A stretch of 64,000 nt of DNA, from the NCBI GenBank assembly GCA_963664815.2, contig CAXXHB010000003.1, forward strand, positions 832,001 to 896,000, written 5' to 3'. The position numbers were made by a program, and so were the translations under genes. The stretch comes from Spirochaetota bacterium (lineage in GTDB: Bacteria; Spirochaetota; UBA4802; UBA5550). Every line of letters begins with the position of its first letter. Position 1 is the first letter of the stretch. Of this stretch, positions 49,190 to 59,950 are shown piece by piece. A model generated the notes under the pieces. That model was not told the DNA's origin and searched no databases. It saw only the letters and a program-made list of their open reading frames with translations.

Positions 49190-49215
49190 AAAAGCCCGCC
49201 GTAAGGCGGGCTTTT
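49190..49215. terminator. Bidirectional rho-independent terminator
   Basis: AAAAGCCCGCC-GTAA-GGCGGGCTTTT. Confidence 0.85.
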
Positions 49216-49326
49216 GATTATGAGGTATATTTTGTTATTGATTCTTCCGGCTGCTGATATATCCTGATATTGATATTCTCTGCTGTTGGTACTTTCCGTA
49301 ATTCTTTCTGTCGATGATATATATTT

Positions 49327-50652
49327 TCAATTATATGTTTCAGAGCCGAGAGATGTTACAGGGGGCTCATTTTTAAGCCACCTGAGCGTGTTTTTAAACC
49401 GCATAATCTGAACAAAAAGGTCATGCTCCGGTTCTTCATCAGGTCTGTGCATGGGGCTTTTCCAGTAGAATGAGAGCCACTCCTGATTTCCTGAAAGTCC
49501 TGCCCTCTGCGAAAGGTCGAGAAACATTATAAGGTCAAGGACAATCGGCGCCGCAAGTATTGAATCGCGGCAGAGAAAGTTTACCTTTATCTGCATCGGG
49601 TAGCAGAGCCATCCGAATATGTCGATATTGTCCCATCCCTCCTTGTTGTCACCCCTTGGAGGGTAATAGTTAATTGTAACCTTGTGATGAAAGTCGCCAT
49701 ACAGGTCCGGGTATATTTCAGGCTGGCAGATCTGGTGCAGAACCGACAGTTTGCTTACCTCTTTTGATTTAAAAGATTCAGGGTCATCGAGTACCTCTCC
49801 ATCCCTGTTGCCGAGTATGTTTGTTGAAAACCATCCTTTCATGCCGAGCATCCTGGCCTTCAGGCCGGGGGCAAGGAGTGTTTTCATGAATGTCTGTCCC
49901 GATTTGAAGTCTTTTCCCCCCATGGGGGCTTTTCTTTTCTCTGCAAGTTCCCAGAATGCCGGGATATCGTTGCAGAGATTCGGCGCGCCGTTTGCGTATG
50001 GAATGCCCAGATCGAGAGCGGCGTAACAGTATATCATGCTGGGCGCTATTGCCGGGTGATTCTCCCTGAGCGCTTTTTCAAAATTGGCCAGCGTATCATG
50101 GACGCCTGGAACCATAACCTGGTATATCTCTGTGCTTGCACACCATACCATAACCATTCTGGAGAGGTTTTTCTCGTCTTTAAACCTGAGTATATCATCC
50201 TTGACCATCTGTGCGAGATCCCAGTGAGTTGCCCCCTGCTTTACATTTTTACCATCGAGGTTTTTAACAAAGTGCCTGTTGAAAACCGCTTTCCATGGTT
50301 TGATCTTTGCAAGCTCATCTTTCACAAGGTTAAGGTCATCTCTTGTAAGTACCTGGGCGTTAAGGGCTGATTCATAAACTGTATCCTCGAAAATATCCCA
50401 CCCGCCGAACTCCAGATCTTTAAGCTCTGCAAGTGGTATAAAGTCTTTAATGTTAACCTCTCTGGCCTGGTCGCCGGTGCCGACTCTCAGTTTTCCCATC
50501 TGTGACAGGGAGCCTATAGGTTTATTGAGGCCCTTTCTTATCATCATTACACCGGCAATAAATGTTGTGCTTACAGCTCCGAGGCCGGGTATAAGTACAC
50601 CGAGTTTCCCTTCGGGTTTATTAATTTCAATTTTATCAGATGCCACAATCAA
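49327..50652 (-). CDS. ino1: Inositol-3-phosphate synthase
   Basis: GLGAVST, FGGWD, WCASTE, GKDFKSGQT, NILGNRDG, GDNKEGWD, CRDSILAAPIVLDL. Confidence 0.93.
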   Translation of the reverse strand: MIVASDKIEINKPEGKLGVLIPGLGAVSTTFIAGVMMIRKGLNKPIGSLSQMGKLRVGTGDQAREVNIKDFIPLAELKDLEFGGWDIFEDTVYESALNAQVLTRDDLNLVKDELAKIKPWKAVFNRHFVKNLDGKNVKQGATHWDLAQMVKDDILRFKDEKNLSRMVMVWCASTEIYQVMVPGVHDTLANFEKALRENHPAIAPSMIYCYAALDLGIPYANGAPNLCNDIPAFWELAEKRKAPMGGKDFKSGQTFMKTLLAPGLKARMLGMKGWFSTNILGNRDGEVLDDPESFKSKEVSKLSVLHQICQPEIYPDLYGDFHHKVTINYYPPRGDNKEGWDNIDIFGWLCYPMQIKVNFLCRDSILAAPIVLDLIMFLDLSQRAGLSGNQEWLSFYWKSPMHRPDEEPEHDLFVQIMRFKNTLRWLKNEPPVTSLGSETYN

Positions 50653-51163
50653 ACTCCTTTTATTCAGTAATTTATAAAATACCCGGTATCAATTCCTTAA
50701 CCTATCTTTAAGCAAAATACCTTAATAATTCAACCCCGCATATGATTGATATTGAATTATCTGTTTTTTATACTGATATATATGTTAAAAATATTACCGG
50801 TATATGTCTATGATATTAATTAAACTGCATATTTTCCAGAATATTGAGGGAAATATAACTCATTTTTAATAAATAAACAAAATTATATTACGCAATAGTT
50901 GTGCCATAAATATTTTTTAATAAAAAAACGGTTAACTTTGATTTAATCAGCATCTTCGACGATTTAACATAATAATGAAAAGTGATGGCAGGTTAACTTT
51001 TGAGTTCTGTATCAATTTTACAACATATGTATAATTAATTGATACAGAATTAATACACTATTCCTTTATATCATTTACAGGAATAATCCAGGCAGGCTCC
51101 TGTTAAAGGTAAAAGCCGGCATAATTGGCAGTAAATATATCATGCAGGCCTTTTTGTTTATGC

Positions 51164-51526
51164 TTACCGGCCGAAACCCTGGTGCATCTTTCTTGATAAT
51201 CTCTGCTGATACTCCTGTTCCTGCTGGGGAGTCATGGTTTCCCATGCGTCTTTTTTTCTGGTGAACTTCATTCTCTCTTTTTCCAGGTTATGTTCATTAT
51301 GCCAGTTTTTCATTCTTTCAGATGTGAGTTCTGTCATGCAGTCTTTGGCAAGTTCATCGAGTATATCCTTGGCCCTGCGGATTTTATCTCTCATCTGCCT
51401 GCTGAAAGAGGCATGATATGTCGACTCCAGTTCGAGTATGGTTTGTCCTACTTCCATAATCTGCATTGATAACTGGTGTGAGAGTTTCTGTTCGGTTGTC
51501 TGAGTTAAATCCTGCTTTGTTGACAT
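51164..51526 (-). CDS. Hypothetical helical protein
   Basis: 120-aa ORF with GGAG RBS; no recognised domain. Confidence 0.6.
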   Translation of the reverse strand: MSTKQDLTQTTEQKLSHQLSMQIMEVGQTILELESTYHASFSRQMRDKIRRAKDILDELAKDCMTELTSERMKNWHNEHNLEKERMKFTRKKDAWETMTPQQEQEYQQRLSRKMHQGFGR

Positions 51527-52102
51527 GGTATATTTCTCCAGGTGATTAGTTTTAATACTGCTTCAATATATTCATCTTTGTTTTTATGTTGTTATTTATT
51601 TACCATACTTTAGTTTATTATCTTTTTTCCATCAATTTTATAAAAAAAATACATGTTTTATGTGAATTTTTTATTTTTTTATGAAAGACCTGTTTTATGC
51701 AGATATGCAATTTCCTGCCATGTTCTATTACAACTATTATTTGTACATTCGGAAAATTTAATTTTTAAATTACTGGAATATCTGAGTATTTAACTTAATA
51801 TTATGTTACCATGTTTTTGTATATGGCGGTATGTAAAAGATGAAGAGAGTGCATAATAATTTAAATCTGCCCCGATGACAATACATCGATGATACCATAT
51901 GTGTGACTACGGTGAGTTTATTTCTGCGGGATTGCGCCATGAAGATGTAAAACATCAGTACAAATAATACAGTTTTTTATAAAAAATAAAACTGATTCTG
52001 GAACCGGTTTACAATTGAGATTTTACAGCTGATGTCTGTATCTGTAATAAATCTGGAATGACAGATGAAATACTTCAGAGATACAACACCACACTTTGCT
52101 GT

Positions 52103-52360
52103 TTAAAGAGTGAACGAAAAGGCATCAGATATACATTTTATCGGCCTTATTTTACCCGGATCGTATCCTGTTAAGTTGGTACATCCGACGTGACATCCCA
52201 TGATTACAATAATGATATCAAAATCAGATTTTTTATATGATACGAATTCAGCCCGGTCTTTTAATCTGTTCATTATAATTTTAGCGGCAGAAGCCCTGTC
52301 GTAAAGTTTGTAATTGCAGCCTCCGCAGAATTTAAATCCTATTTTAGCAACAGTTTCCAT
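52103..52360 (-). CDS. Small CGGC-motif protein
   Basis: IGFKFCGGCN..YDR...GC..GC; start placed at ATG 52360 behind an AGGTGAGG RBS. Confidence 0.6.
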   Translation of the reverse strand: METVAKIGFKFCGGCNYKLYDRASAAKIIMNRLKDRAEFVSYKKSDFDIIIVIMGCHVGCTNLTGYDPGKIRPIKCISDAFSFTL

Positions 52361-52630
52361 TTCCTCACCTGCATTTTTATATTTTCTTTCATACCACGGA
52401 TACCTGTCTGGACTGTTTTTAAACGGAGAAGAGCAGCAGGAAGCCGTAAATTGATTCAACTGACCGGATCTGACTGTAAAATATGCCGTCTAAAAGTCAA
52501 TTACTTCATATTTCGATGACTGACCTGGACTGGTGCTAAATTTTTATTGACTTTCTCTTTTTTTTAGTATGCTGTTCGGGAATAGCTGTTATTGCTGATG
52601 CAGCTGATAAAATATTGAGGGTTATTGCCG

Positions 52631-53353
52631 ATGAAAATTCATTCTGCTATCTGCAGTATTGTCATGATTGCTGTTGTTGCCGGTTGCGGCGGGCAGGTCA
52701 GGTATGATCAATATGCGACAAAAGGCTGGATTGATAACAATACTTACTACATTACTGCTGCCGGTGTTCCCAACTCGAAACTGGTAACAAAAATTGAAAG
52801 AAGGGATTCCGCGAAGCGGGCGTCAATATTAAATGCCCAATACCAGATTTCTGAGGAGTTCAGGGGGGAAACAATTGCCGGGAATAGTGTTGATTTCTCC
52901 CGGGTTGATGCGATTCTTACCGGGTCTGTTATGTCGGCAACCTACGATGAAGAGGATAACTGTGAAATAAATTATCAGATACAATGTACTGGTTTCAGGG
53001 GGGATGTAAAGGCGGGCAGCGGAAAGTGTCTTAAAATGAGAGATTCTACAGTTGTCGCGAATACTCCGATTAATCAGTCAAAGATTGTTTCTTCAGGCGG
53101 ATTTGATACCGCAAATTTAAAAAAAATCGGTGTGGTCGGCGCAGTCAGCCGGAGTAGTAAGGAGATTACTGTCAATTCAGCCTCTGCCGGTAAGGATATA
53201 CATATGGGAGATAAACTCTTCCTGTTAATCGATAATCAGAAGATTGAAATGACTGTTGTATTCCCGATGTTGACAGTGGCAAAATGCCGTATTGATAAGC
53301 AATTTTATGATCAGTTGAATAAAATCAAAAAAGAGATGCCGGTTTATAAATAG
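52631..53353 (+). CDS. Lipoprotein with C-terminal domain shared with the WG-repeat protein
   Basis: Lipobox VAGC; GW....Y...AAG N-terminal domain; C-terminal MGDKL...FPMLT..KC...PVYK. Confidence 0.75.
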   Translation: MKIHSAICSIVMIAVVAGCGGQVRYDQYATKGWIDNNTYYITAAGVPNSKLVTKIERRDSAKRASILNAQYQISEEFRGETIAGNSVDFSRVDAILTGSVMSATYDEEDNCEINYQIQCTGFRGDVKAGSGKCLKMRDSTVVANTPINQSKIVSSGGFDTANLKKIGVVGAVSRSSKEITVNSASAGKDIHMGDKLFLLIDNQKIEMTVVFPMLTVAKCRIDKQFYDQLNKIKKEMPVYK

Positions 53354-53462
53354 TTATCAGATACCTTAACGGCTGGAAAGATTTTTAACGGGATGCTGAA
53401 GCTCCGGTGAAAACAGCCGGAGTATGGTTATGTAAATACTTTTCTGATAACTCTTAAAAATC

Positions 53463-55361
53463 CTACATCTCTACTCTGGTAATAATTCCGTGAAGCTTTG
53501 TTACCGGAAGCCTGTAGAACTGAACAAAGTGAGGCGTCAGTTTTTTTATCAGTGAATAAATTTTCCAGAAAACATTTCCTGTGGTAATCTCTTCGGTGCC
53601 ATAAAAAATTACCTTCGGTTTAATCCCGGCTTTGGCAATCTCGCTTGTAATATCAACCTCCTCTTTGTAGCCGGCGCGTATTTCGAATGCATGAAGTCCC
53701 GGGCCGAGGTCGTGAATAAAGCGGGTCTGTATTCCCACGGGGTCATCGGTAATGTTTACTATTATAAAAATATTATTTTCGTATATTATATTTGCGCTTA
53801 CTATGCAGTGAGTGATATATGGGGATATTACATTATAGTTTCCTACGAAGAAGAGGCATGTCCCCGGGATTATTCTGCTTTTATTATAAATCTGTTCATA
53901 GCTGACAATGAATGTCTCAAAATCTGTAGGCATAAGCTGTTTATAGATTCTTTCATTGCCTTTCTGCCAGATTATCATGACTGTAAAGGGTATAGACGCA
54001 AGCAGTATTGACCAGTATCCCCCATGAGAGAACTTGCTGAAGTTTGCCATGAGAAAGGTGAGGTTTATAAAAAGGATAACCGATGCAGCAACCCAGCTTA
54101 TTGTCTCCTTTCTGATGCGGTAAATCATTATCATCATGGTGGCTGTAATGCACATTGTTCCGGTTACGGCAAGGCCGTAGGCTGCGGCGAGTTTTTCAGA
54201 TTTCTGAAACAGCAGCATTATAAATATTACGGCTGCCATGAGGGCCCAGTTTATACCCCCTATATAAATCTGCGATTTAAGTTTAGTCGATGTAAAATCA
54301 ACTTTCACACGCGGGAATATGCGTGTCGTTACCCCCTGGTAAATGACCGAGAATACTCCGCTGATCAGCGCCTGGGATGCAATAATAGTGGCCAGTATAG
54401 CCGTTACAAGAAAGGGGATGTATACAAATGATGATTCGTTCTGCACCATTGAAAACAGAACATTTTTAACCGGTCCGTGTGACAGTATAAATGCCCCCTG
54501 CCCGAGGTAAGTCAGAACAAGGGCGAAAAAGATTATCCGCCAGGCCCTGATAATAGGTTTTTTTCCGAGGTGCCCCATGTCGGCGTACAGAGCCTCGGCC
54601 CCTGTGGCGCAGAGTATCACCTCCGACAGAATAAGGAACCCGGCGAAACCGTTATTTTTAAAAAATGAAATAAAGTAAAGAGGGTTCACCGCCCTGAAAA
54701 CCTGCGGATAGCCGCAGATAGAAGCCGCTCCGCTGAATGCCAGTGCCAGGAACCATATTACCATAACGGGGCCGAAAATGGAGGATACCTTATCTGTTCC
54801 CCTGGGCTGAAAGAAGAATAGCCCTATTGTTATAACAACTGATATTATAATAATATTAGACTGGTGTATATTGGTAAAAGCAGGTATAAGCGCAAGGCCC
54901 TCAACGGCCGAGAGAATACTGATCGCAGGAGTTATTACTCCATCTCCAAGCAGCAGGGAAACACCGGCATAGGCGAGAATGGTCACAATTGCGGCCTTTC
55001 TCCCTTTCTTCATGTTTTTTTCGAGTATCTTCTTCAGTATTATGGTGCCGCCTTCCCCATGATCTTCAAGACGCATGGCGAGCCAGGCATACTCAACGCT
55101 GACAAGTATAATAAGAGTCCAGATTATCAGTGAGATAATACCGAGTATATTTGCTTCAGTCGGTTTAATGAAAAGTATTACCACGGAGAGCGTGTATATG
55201 GGGCTTGTTCCGATATCGCCGAATACAAGACCCATTGCCTTGACTATCTCTTTCCAGTCATCTCCGGTATAGATTATTTTCTTACTTTGCAGGTGAGGGG
55301 TCTTTTCTTTCCACGTAAACAAACGCTTCACCCTGATAAAGAATGAAACCTTTTCTGCCAT
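53463..55361 (-). CDS. kup: KUP/HAK/KT potassium transporter
   Basis: GLVFGDIGTSPIYT, GEGG, GDGVITPAISILSAVEG, TGAEALYADMGH, IASQALISG, AAYGLAVTGTM. Confidence 0.95.
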   Translation of the reverse strand: MAEKVSFFIRVKRLFTWKEKTPHLQSKKIIYTGDDWKEIVKAMGLVFGDIGTSPIYTLSVVILFIKPTEANILGIISLIIWTLIILVSVEYAWLAMRLEDHGEGGTIILKKILEKNMKKGRKAAIVTILAYAGVSLLLGDGVITPAISILSAVEGLALIPAFTNIHQSNIIIISVVITIGLFFFQPRGTDKVSSIFGPVMVIWFLALAFSGAASICGYPQVFRAVNPLYFISFFKNNGFAGFLILSEVILCATGAEALYADMGHLGKKPIIRAWRIIFFALVLTYLGQGAFILSHGPVKNVLFSMVQNESSFVYIPFLVTAILATIIASQALISGVFSVIYQGVTTRIFPRVKVDFTSTKLKSQIYIGGINWALMAAVIFIMLLFQKSEKLAAAYGLAVTGTMCITATMMIMIYRIRKETISWVAASVILFINLTFLMANFSKFSHGGYWSILLASIPFTVMIIWQKGNERIYKQLMPTDFETFIVSYEQIYNKSRIIPGTCLFFVGNYNVISPYITHCIVSANIIYENNIFIIVNITDDPVGIQTRFIHDLGPGLHAFEIRAGYKEEVDITSEIAKAGIKPKVIFYGTEEITTGNVFWKIYSLIKKLTPHFVQFYRLPVTKLHGIITRVEM

Positions 55362-55429
55362 TTTTCAATCCCCCTGAAGAGAGCAGGGAAACAGAAAAAC
55401 CGCACAGGGGGTTTTCTTTTTCACTTTTG

Positions 55430-55553
55430 CCCTTCCATATGCCTGCGAGGTTAGCTGACGGGCTCGGGTATGGAAGTACCCTATTCTCTGAAGAAATACG
55501 CCCCGAAAAAACGGTTCCCCCGCATCCATACTTTGTATGAATCTCGGCGATAA
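55430..55553 (-). ncRNA. c-di-AMP (ydaO/yuaA) riboswitch
   Basis: Minus strand: TCGCCGA...GCGGGGGAACC...TTCGGGGCGTA...TAGGG...CCCGAGCCCGTCAGCTAACCTCGCAGGC; in the 5' leader of kup. Confidence 0.9.
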
Positions 55554-55803
55554 TTTAATAAAGGGAATATATTTTTTAAACCGGTTATGAGTCAAGCTTT
55601 TTGAGATAAAAAGTAGTACAACAAAATGTAATGACGATTAAATATATGTAAAAAATGTATTATTTTCAATAAAATGCTCAAATTATTAAAAAAAAATATC
55701 ACTAAACCTCTGGTACTTTTTTTTTTATTTACATATAATTGAAAAAGTTCTTAAATTATTGAACTGGAAAGTCAGTACAATATATATCAAAAAGGAATAC
55801 TGG

Positions 55804-57216
55804 ATGAAGAGAATGTCGACCGCAATAGTGTGGTTTATTTTTATGATGAGTATCCACAATGCCGGTTATGGAGAATATATATTCAGGAAGGATGGGGCAA
55901 TAATAAAGGGTTCAATAGTGAGGGATGATGTTGCCACCATTTCAGTAAGGAGAGAAGACAAGGCTGTAATTAACATCAACCGGAATGATGTATTGAGGAT
56001 AATCTATACAGATATATACCTGGGGAAGGTATTCGTCAGGCTTACAAGCGGAGAGATTTTTGAAGGGTTCCAGATTGATGAAGACAGGGATAACTATTAT
56101 TTCAGGAGGGATATCTCAAAACCTGAAGAAATTGTGCTTCCGAGGCAGAAGGTCATGTTTATCTCAAGAACCAACCCCACCGATGTCAAGGGCGCACCTT
56201 CAACAGTAAGTATTGAAGTATCGTGGAGCCCCCCGTTTAAACCGGCCAAAAAGTACAAGGTATATGTTCGCGATGTAATGGGTAAACAGGAAAAGTTCAG
56301 GATGGAGGGTGAAACGGGTGATGTAAGCTACAGTTTAAATAACCTTCAGAAAAGCTGGACTTACGAGATCTACGCCACAGCAATTGCCTCTACCGGGGAG
56401 GAGTCGCTGCCGAGCGAGAAGATTACAGTTAATACCCTTCCCGATCCACCCGAAAAATTAACCATAACAGATATCCCTGCGCCAGGCGGGAAGACGGCGA
56501 CTCTGATCTTTAACTGGGTTACTGTAAGCGACCCGTCGAGCAGGGTGAAATCATATGCAATATACGAGACAGTCGGCGGCAGGAGGGTTAAAAAGGGGAC
56601 ATCCCTTAATGGTGAATTTGTAATAAAGGACTTCCCTGCCGAGGGGAGACACAGGTTCTCAGTTGTATCTGTAAATGATATCAATACGGAATCGGATGAA
56701 GCCAGGGGGATCTATGATGCCGGGTATAAGATATATTTAAGAGGAATGTTCTCATATATCAAACCTCTGGGCGTCATGGGAGAGATGGCCACATCGGGTT
56801 ACGGCATGGTTTTTGATGCGGGGCTTTCAGCGAAGAGGTTTTCTCTTGGTGTTGAGATCGGGTATAGCCTGTTTAATTATACCGAGGATATCAGCAGCAT
56901 GACGATGATACCTCTTCTGCTGGAGTTTGACTGCCGGATACCTCTTACTCTCAGTTTTTCCCTGAGACCGGTTATAAAAGCCGGGTGGAGTTCAGATACG
57001 ATAGAATATGTGGTTCATGATGTCACAGATCCGCTTATTACAGCGACCAGCAGTAAGTCAAATTTTGATCCCATGGCTGCTGCCGGGGCATATATTCAGT
57101 ATGAGATAATAGACCGAGTGGATGTCTTTACCGGAGCGGAGTACTCAATGATCTTCCAGGAGAAGGGGAGAATGAATTTTATAAGCATCTCTTTCGGGGG
57201 AAGCTATACGTTTTAA
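55804..57216 (+). CDS. Exported protein: duplicated N-terminal beta module, fibronectin type III domains, C-terminal outer-membrane beta-barrel
   Basis: Signal peptide; KDG.II.G and TSGEIFEG modules; VSW.PP...Y...L.NL....YEI...A...GEES FN3; alternating strands ending in F. Confidence 0.7.
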   Translation: MKRMSTAIVWFIFMMSIHNAGYGEYIFRKDGAIIKGSIVRDDVATISVRREDKAVININRNDVLRIIYTDIYLGKVFVRLTSGEIFEGFQIDEDRDNYYFRRDISKPEEIVLPRQKVMFISRTNPTDVKGAPSTVSIEVSWSPPFKPAKKYKVYVRDVMGKQEKFRMEGETGDVSYSLNNLQKSWTYEIYATAIASTGEESLPSEKITVNTLPDPPEKLTITDIPAPGGKTATLIFNWVTVSDPSSRVKSYAIYETVGGRRVKKGTSLNGEFVIKDFPAEGRHRFSVVSVNDINTESDEARGIYDAGYKIYLRGMFSYIKPLGVMGEMATSGYGMVFDAGLSAKRFSLGVEIGYSLFNYTEDISSMTMIPLLLEFDCRIPLTLSFSLRPVIKAGWSSDTIEYVVHDVTDPLITATSSKSNFDPMAAAGAYIQYEIIDRVDVFTGAEYSMIFQEKGRMNFISISFGGSYTF

Positions 57217-57322
57217 AGTAACAGTCTCCAGTTGGGGTTCGAAATGACAGTATATATTTTAAAATTTAAATGGATGATTGTATAAAAGTCAATAAACTGT
57301 GAATGGTGTGAAACTATCACTT

Positions 57323-59950
57323 ATGAGAGTAATAAATAAAATTATTTATATGGTTATGCTGCTTGCGGTATTCGGCTGCGGTAACTCCTTTTACGAGGCG
57401 CAGGATTACCTGACCGGCCCTGTAAGCGGCGTGGGACTTAAGAAGAGCACGACTATAGCGAGCGGCGGAACGGAGCAGCTTTCTGCGGTGGTTGTCCCCT
57501 CAAAGACATCGAATAAGGGTGTAACATGGACAAGCAGCGATAACTCGATAGTATCGGTGGATGCAAACGGCCTTGTTTCTGCGGTTGTTGTTGTGGCGCA
57601 TGGCTATACAAAGCAGGCAGTGATAACAGTAACTACGTCTGAGGGGGGTTACAGCACGCAGTGCACTGTAACGGTGGTCGAGAAGCCTGTTGCAGTAACA
57701 GGGGTTACGCTTAACAGGAGTTCGGCATACCTCTATTACCAGTCAGGGAGTATCTATTCAACGGATCAGCTTGCGGCAACAATTACACCATCTGCGGCTA
57801 CAAACCAGGCAATAACATGGTCCAGCGATGATCCCACAATAGCTTCGGTAAACAACGGCCTTGTGACTCCGAACAGAACCGGATCAACTGTAATAAGAGT
57901 GACAACAGCCGACGGAGGTTACAGCGCGTCGTGTACATATACGGTAACAGCTTCGCCGGTACTGGTGACCGGGATAAGCCTGAATAAATCAGCATTAACT
58001 CTGGCTGCGGGGTATTCCGAGACGCTGTTTGCAAGTATAGTCCCCACGACTGCGACAAACCAGACACTGACATGGACAAGCAGTACATCTGCAGCGACAG
58101 TGGATGCCCTCGGTAGTGTTACAGGAGTGTCGGCGGGAACATCTGTGATCAGGGCGACGGTGACTGAAAATATTGCATTATATGCCGAGGCGACAGTGAC
58201 GGTGGTATCCACGCCTGTTTCTGTGACGGGTGTAACAGTATCCCCGAAGACAGCCACGGTTGCGGTTGGCAGCCAGCAGACGCTTGCTGCGACGATAACG
58301 CCGTCAGGTGCAACAAACCAGAACCTTGAGTGGAACAGCAACAACAGCGGAATAGTATCTGTGAGCAGCAGCGGCATAATAACGGGAATAGCCGCGGGGA
58401 ACGCGAAGGTTACGGTAACAACGATCGACGGGAGTTACACAGCGACAAGCTATATTACAGTGTCATCGGAGCCTACATATGCGGTAACCTACTACCCGAA
58501 CAATCCTGCAACGGGTACAACAAGCGGATCGGTACCTGCGGATACAAACGGCTACATATCGGGGTCGACCGTGACGGTGAGGAACAACGGAACGATTGCG
58601 AATACATTGAATACGTTTACGGGTTGGAATACCCAGGCAGGGGGCGGAGGAACACCGTATTCCCCCGGCTCGACATTTACGATGGGGAGCGCGGATGTTT
58701 CGCTTTACGCCCAGTGGTCAACAGCTGCAACATATACGGTTACATACGACGGGAATTTCAATACAGGGGGCAGCGTACCGGCTGATTCAAGCTATACATC
58801 CGGCACAACGGTGACAGTGGCATCCAATTCCGGTTCGCTTGTAAGAAGTGGTTTTGTATTCGGCGGGTGGTATATAAGTTCCGGAACCATTCTCACCGCC
58901 GGGAGCGGAACATTCACCATGCCGGCTCATAACACTACACTGTATGCATACTGGATACCGGTATATACGGTGACATATATAGCCAACGGCAGTACTTCGG
59001 GAACAGTTCCCGTTGACAGTACTTCATATACTTCAGCTTCAACTGTTACTGTAAAAACCAATACAGGAACTCTGGCAAAGACAGGATACAGCCTTGCAGG
59101 TTGGTATACCGGTTCCGGTACATATTACTATCCTGGACAGACATTTACCATGGGGAGTTCAAATATTATTTTATATGCAAACTGGGGTGTAAAAACTGTC
59201 TATATTACATCAACTGATGTAACACTGACCAATAATTGTCTTGTTATAGTAAAAGCCTGGGGAGCAGGTGGACAGGGGTCAAGCAGTAACGGTTATGGAG
59301 GGAGCGGAGGATACTCCTATTCGGTATTTACAGCTTCTGCAAATGATGTACTGTATATAGTTGTCGGAGTAGGTGGGGGGAATACCCGTGATACAACAAT
59401 GCCGGCCCTTGGCGGGATAAATGGCCATGCAGGCGGAGGCGGGTCACTGGCTGCAATACTAAGCGGAGGTGTATATACGCTTAAATGCTGTGCCGGAGGA
59501 GGCGGCGGCGGAGGTGCCGGCGCTTATGTCGGCGGTAGCGGCGGAGGAGCATCAGGACAGGCGGGTATTTACAGTCCGACAGGAGGAAGTGGCGGCACAG
59601 GCGGCAGCGGAACTATCAGCAGCGGAAGTAATATGTTGTTAACATCTGCAACGCTTCTGGGACTCGGAGGAAATGGAGGTAATGCCGGCGGATTAAATGG
59701 GGGAGCAGGCGGTGGAGGATTCGGCGGCGGAGGGACTAATGGATATAGCACATTAAATCACGGCGGAAGCGGCGGAGGAGGATACGCTGTCGGGGATGCG
59801 GGTGTTACTATTACCGGGAATACTACCGGTTCTTCAACTACGCCGGGGAACAGTACGGATTCTGATATTCCTGACGGGTTTGCACAGGGTGGGTTTAATG
59901 CATCCGCCGGAGAGAATGGTTACGTTGTTGTATATATTATAAATCAGTAG
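57323..59950 (+). CDS. Surface lipoprotein: Big_2 Ig domains, InlB B-like repeats, glycine-rich C-terminal domain
   Basis: Lipobox VFGC; four V.WTSS...ASV..GLV units; F.GW...G..Y..G..FTM....LYAQW repeats; AWGAGG glycine-rich tip. Confidence 0.85.
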   Translation: MRVINKIIYMVMLLAVFGCGNSFYEAQDYLTGPVSGVGLKKSTTIASGGTEQLSAVVVPSKTSNKGVTWTSSDNSIVSVDANGLVSAVVVVAHGYTKQAVITVTTSEGGYSTQCTVTVVEKPVAVTGVTLNRSSAYLYYQSGSIYSTDQLAATITPSAATNQAITWSSDDPTIASVNNGLVTPNRTGSTVIRVTTADGGYSASCTYTVTASPVLVTGISLNKSALTLAAGYSETLFASIVPTTATNQTLTWTSSTSAATVDALGSVTGVSAGTSVIRATVTENIALYAEATVTVVSTPVSVTGVTVSPKTATVAVGSQQTLAATITPSGATNQNLEWNSNNSGIVSVSSSGIITGIAAGNAKVTVTTIDGSYTATSYITVSSEPTYAVTYYPNNPATGTTSGSVPADTNGYISGSTVTVRNNGTIANTLNTFTGWNTQAGGGGTPYSPGSTFTMGSADVSLYAQWSTAATYTVTYDGNFNTGGSVPADSSYTSGTTVTVASNSGSLVRSGFVFGGWYISSGTILTAGSGTFTMPAHNTTLYAYWIPVYTVTYIANGSTSGTVPVDSTSYTSASTVTVKTNTGTLAKTGYSLAGWYTGSGTYYYPGQTFTMGSSNIILYANWGVKTVYITSTDVTLTNNCLVIVKAWGAGGQGSSSNGYGGSGGYSYSVFTASANDVLYIVVGVGGGNTRDTTMPALGGINGHAGGGGSLAAILSGGVYTLKCCAGGGGGGGAGAYVGGSGGGASGQAGIYSPTGGSGGTGGSGTISSGSNMLLTSATLLGLGGNGGNAGGLNGGAGGGGFGGGGTNGYSTLNHGGSGGGGYAVGDAGVTITGNTTGSSTTPGNSTDSDIPDGFAQGGFNASAGENGYVVVYIINQ

